Source: Phycisphaerae bacterium | Lineage (GTDB): Bacteria; Planctomycetota; Phycisphaerae; UBA1845; Fen-1342 | Direction: 5' to 3' | Length of the DNA stretch: 64,000 bases | NCBI GenBank assembly: GCA_963675745.2 | Contig: CAXXWX010000006.1 | Span: 64,001 to 128,000, forward strand | Program-made: the position numbers and the translations under genes | In this document: positions 62,120-64,000 of the stretch, one piece after another | Layout: the number at the start of each line of letters is the position of its first letter | Position numbering within the stretch: the first letter of the stretch is position 1 | Notes under the pieces: generated by a model | What the model was told of the DNA's origin: nothing | Seen by the model: only the letters and a program-made list of their open reading frames with translations | The model's database searches: none

Positions 62120-62203
62120 GTAGCGGCCGCCCCCTGAGTCTGGCCGTGACTGCGAGAGGATACACATTCTCCAGAAACGTCCGACTCGGGGGTCGGACGC
62201 CAC
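62120..62203. repeat. REPIN-like inverted doublet, family 2
   Basis: GTAGCGGCCGCCCCCTGAGTC...CGTCCGACTCGGGGGTCGGACGCCAC. Confidence 0.8.
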
Positions 62204-62247
62204 ACGCTGCGCGCGGGCGTCGTCGCCACTATGCGTTTGAATCGGCA

Positions 62248-63810
62248 TTAATCGCGGTGCCAGAAGCGGGGGCTGAACAGCACGATGATCGCGAAGACCT
62301 CGAGCCGGCCCAGCGCCATCAGAACGCACATCACACACTTGGTGGCCTGCGAGAACCAGCCGTAATGTTCGACAGCGCCGACTTTGCCCAACCCGGGGCC
62401 CACGTTGAAGAGCGTCGCGGCGCAGGCGGTTGCGGCCGTGGTAAAGTCGCATTCGCTGGTCGAGTTGACTTGCTCGATCAGCATGATCAGGCCCGACCCG
62501 ACTCCGAACAGGATGATCATGCCGAGTACATAGGCGACCGCACCCAGCCGCATCTCGCTGTCGACGACCGATTGCCCCACCCTCAGCGGGCGCACGACGT
62601 GCGGGCGAAAGACGTGCTCGATTTCGGCCAGCAGCACTCTGGCCGCAACCCAGACGCGGATGATCTTAATGCCGCCGGCGGTCGAACCTGATGATCCCCC
62701 GATGAACATCAGTAGCACAAGCACGGCCTTGGCGAGAAACGGCCAGCGGTTGAAATCACTCGTGCAGAAGCCGGTCGTGGTTTGAATCGAGACGGTGGTG
62801 AAAGTGCTCTGGCGCAGCGTCTGGCCGATGGTCGCGTTCACCACCGTACCGTCGGTCAGGTAGATCGGCTCGGCGCTGAATGCGACGGTGGCGGAGACGA
62901 TCAGGATCCCGACCACCAGCAGCGAGACGTACACGCGCAGTTCGGTGTCCTTAAACAGCGAATCCAGCCGGCCGCGACACAGTCGGTAGTACAGGGCGAA
63001 GTTGATGCCGGCCAGAACCATGAAGGTCGTGATGATGATGTCGACGGCGGGCGTGCGATGGAATGCACCCACGCTGGCATTCATCGTGCTGAAGCCGCCG
63101 GTTGCGAGCGTGGCGAACGTGTGGCACACCGAGTGGAATCCGTCCATTGGCGTGAAGATCCACAGGGCGGCGATCTCGAGCAGCGTCAGCCCCAGATAAA
63201 TGAACCAGAGCCAACGCGCCGTCTCGCGAATGCGCGGCTGCAAGCCCTGCGGCGCGGGGCCGGGTGATTCGATCTGAAACAGCCGCTTGCCACCCACGCC
63301 GAGCCCGGGCAGCACCGCCACAAACAGGACTACAATGCCAAGTCCGCCCAGCCAGTGCGTCAGCGCACGCCAGAGCAGCAAGCTGTGCGGCATCGTCTCC
63401 ATGCTGGTGAGTACGGTGGCGCCGGTGGTGGTCAAGCCGCTCATCGACTCGAAATAGCAGTTTATCAGCGACTGAAAGGGGTGCGATTGGCCGGCGTCGA
63501 AGTGCAGGTTGGCCCAGATCCAGAACGGCATCGCGCCCAGCAGGGCCCCGCCGACCCAACTCGCCGCCACTAACAGCAGCGCTTCTTTGCGTCCCAGAAA
63601 ACGCGATCCGCGCCGGCTGAAGTACCAGGTTGCCCCGCTGATGAGAATCCCACCCAGGCCGGTCACAAACAGGGCGGCGACGGCGTTGTTGTCAACCTGG
63701 CGACTTGACAGCAGCTCGGTCGACAGGAAGACCCCCGACATCACAAGCAGGGCGCTGCTGACCAGGATGCCCAGGAGGCCGAGTTGGTTGGCAACGGTGC
63801 GGTAGTTCAT
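62248..63810 (-). CDS. trkH: Trk potassium uptake membrane protein
   Basis: Four pore loops SGLTTTG, TLATGG, QTTTG, LFNVG; GSTAGGIK; GRLE. Confidence 0.95.
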   Translation of the reverse strand: MNYRTVANQLGLLGILVSSALLVMSGVFLSTELLSSRQVDNNAVAALFVTGLGGILISGATWYFSRRGSRFLGRKEALLLVAASWVGGALLGAMPFWIWANLHFDAGQSHPFQSLINCYFESMSGLTTTGATVLTSMETMPHSLLLWRALTHWLGGLGIVVLFVAVLPGLGVGGKRLFQIESPGPAPQGLQPRIRETARWLWFIYLGLTLLEIAALWIFTPMDGFHSVCHTFATLATGGFSTMNASVGAFHRTPAVDIIITTFMVLAGINFALYYRLCRGRLDSLFKDTELRVYVSLLVVGILIVSATVAFSAEPIYLTDGTVVNATIGQTLRQSTFTTVSIQTTTGFCTSDFNRWPFLAKAVLVLLMFIGGSSGSTAGGIKIIRVWVAARVLLAEIEHVFRPHVVRPLRVGQSVVDSEMRLGAVAYVLGMIILFGVGSGLIMLIEQVNSTSECDFTTAATACAATLFNVGPGLGKVGAVEHYGWFSQATKCVMCVLMALGRLEVFAIIVLFSPRFWHRD

Positions 63811-63815
63811 GTTGG

Positions 63816-64000
63816 TCAGTCGCCAACGAACAACGTGTGCAGTACCTGCTGCCGGCCGCTCCGGCCGATCAGCAGCAGCGAATCACCCGCCTTGACCACA
63901 TCATCGGCCCCGGGTACCCAGACCTCATCGCCGCGTTTCACCGCGCCGACCGCCCAATCAGGTGACAGACTGATGTTGCGCAACGCCTGCCCCTTCACCG
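63816..64000 (-). CDS. trkA: TrkA RCK-C domain (C-terminal fragment)
   Basis: VGAVKRGDEVWVPG.DDVV.AGD; upstream of trkH; cut by window edge. Confidence 0.8.
   Translation of the reverse strand, partial: VKGQALRNISLSPDWAVGAVKRGDEVWVPGADDVVKAGDSLLLIGRSGRQQVLHTLFVGD

Overview
High-GC bacterial chromosome segment starting at the replication origin (dnaA-oriC-dnaN-dciA-gyrB-tRNA-Leu). By inference it is Planctomycetota, probably Phycisphaerae: no recF, split coaC/coaB, a groEL-groES-groEL operon and Cys-containing dockerin-like tails. It is mostly housekeeping: ltaE, aroF, nrnA, xseB, comF, coaBC, rpoZ, gmk, an orphan atpC, chaperones, an msbA-like ABC exporter, vapBC, plsY, nrdR, lipA, copA, murG, arnT and trkH/A, plus three large secreted proteases. 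No CRISPR, prophage, integrase or transposase was seen. The most notable signals are: (1) an apparently NrdR-autorepressed operon (tandem NrdR-like boxes on a sigma70 promoter) encoding NrdR and a stand-alone tandem ATP-cone protein but no ribonucleotide reductase, followed by a ~260 nt structured non-coding region; (2) a near-consensus sigma54 promoter with tandem upstream palindromes driving the chaperone operon; (3) unrelated S8 and C25 proteases sharing a highly similar dockerin-like C-terminal tag; (4) inverted heptamer arrays between gro genes; (5) two GTAG-type REP/REPIN families; (6) a palindromic DnaA-trio-like origin element without canonical DnaA boxes; (7) several apparently leaderless genes. 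All calls come from reading motifs by eye; no searches were run.
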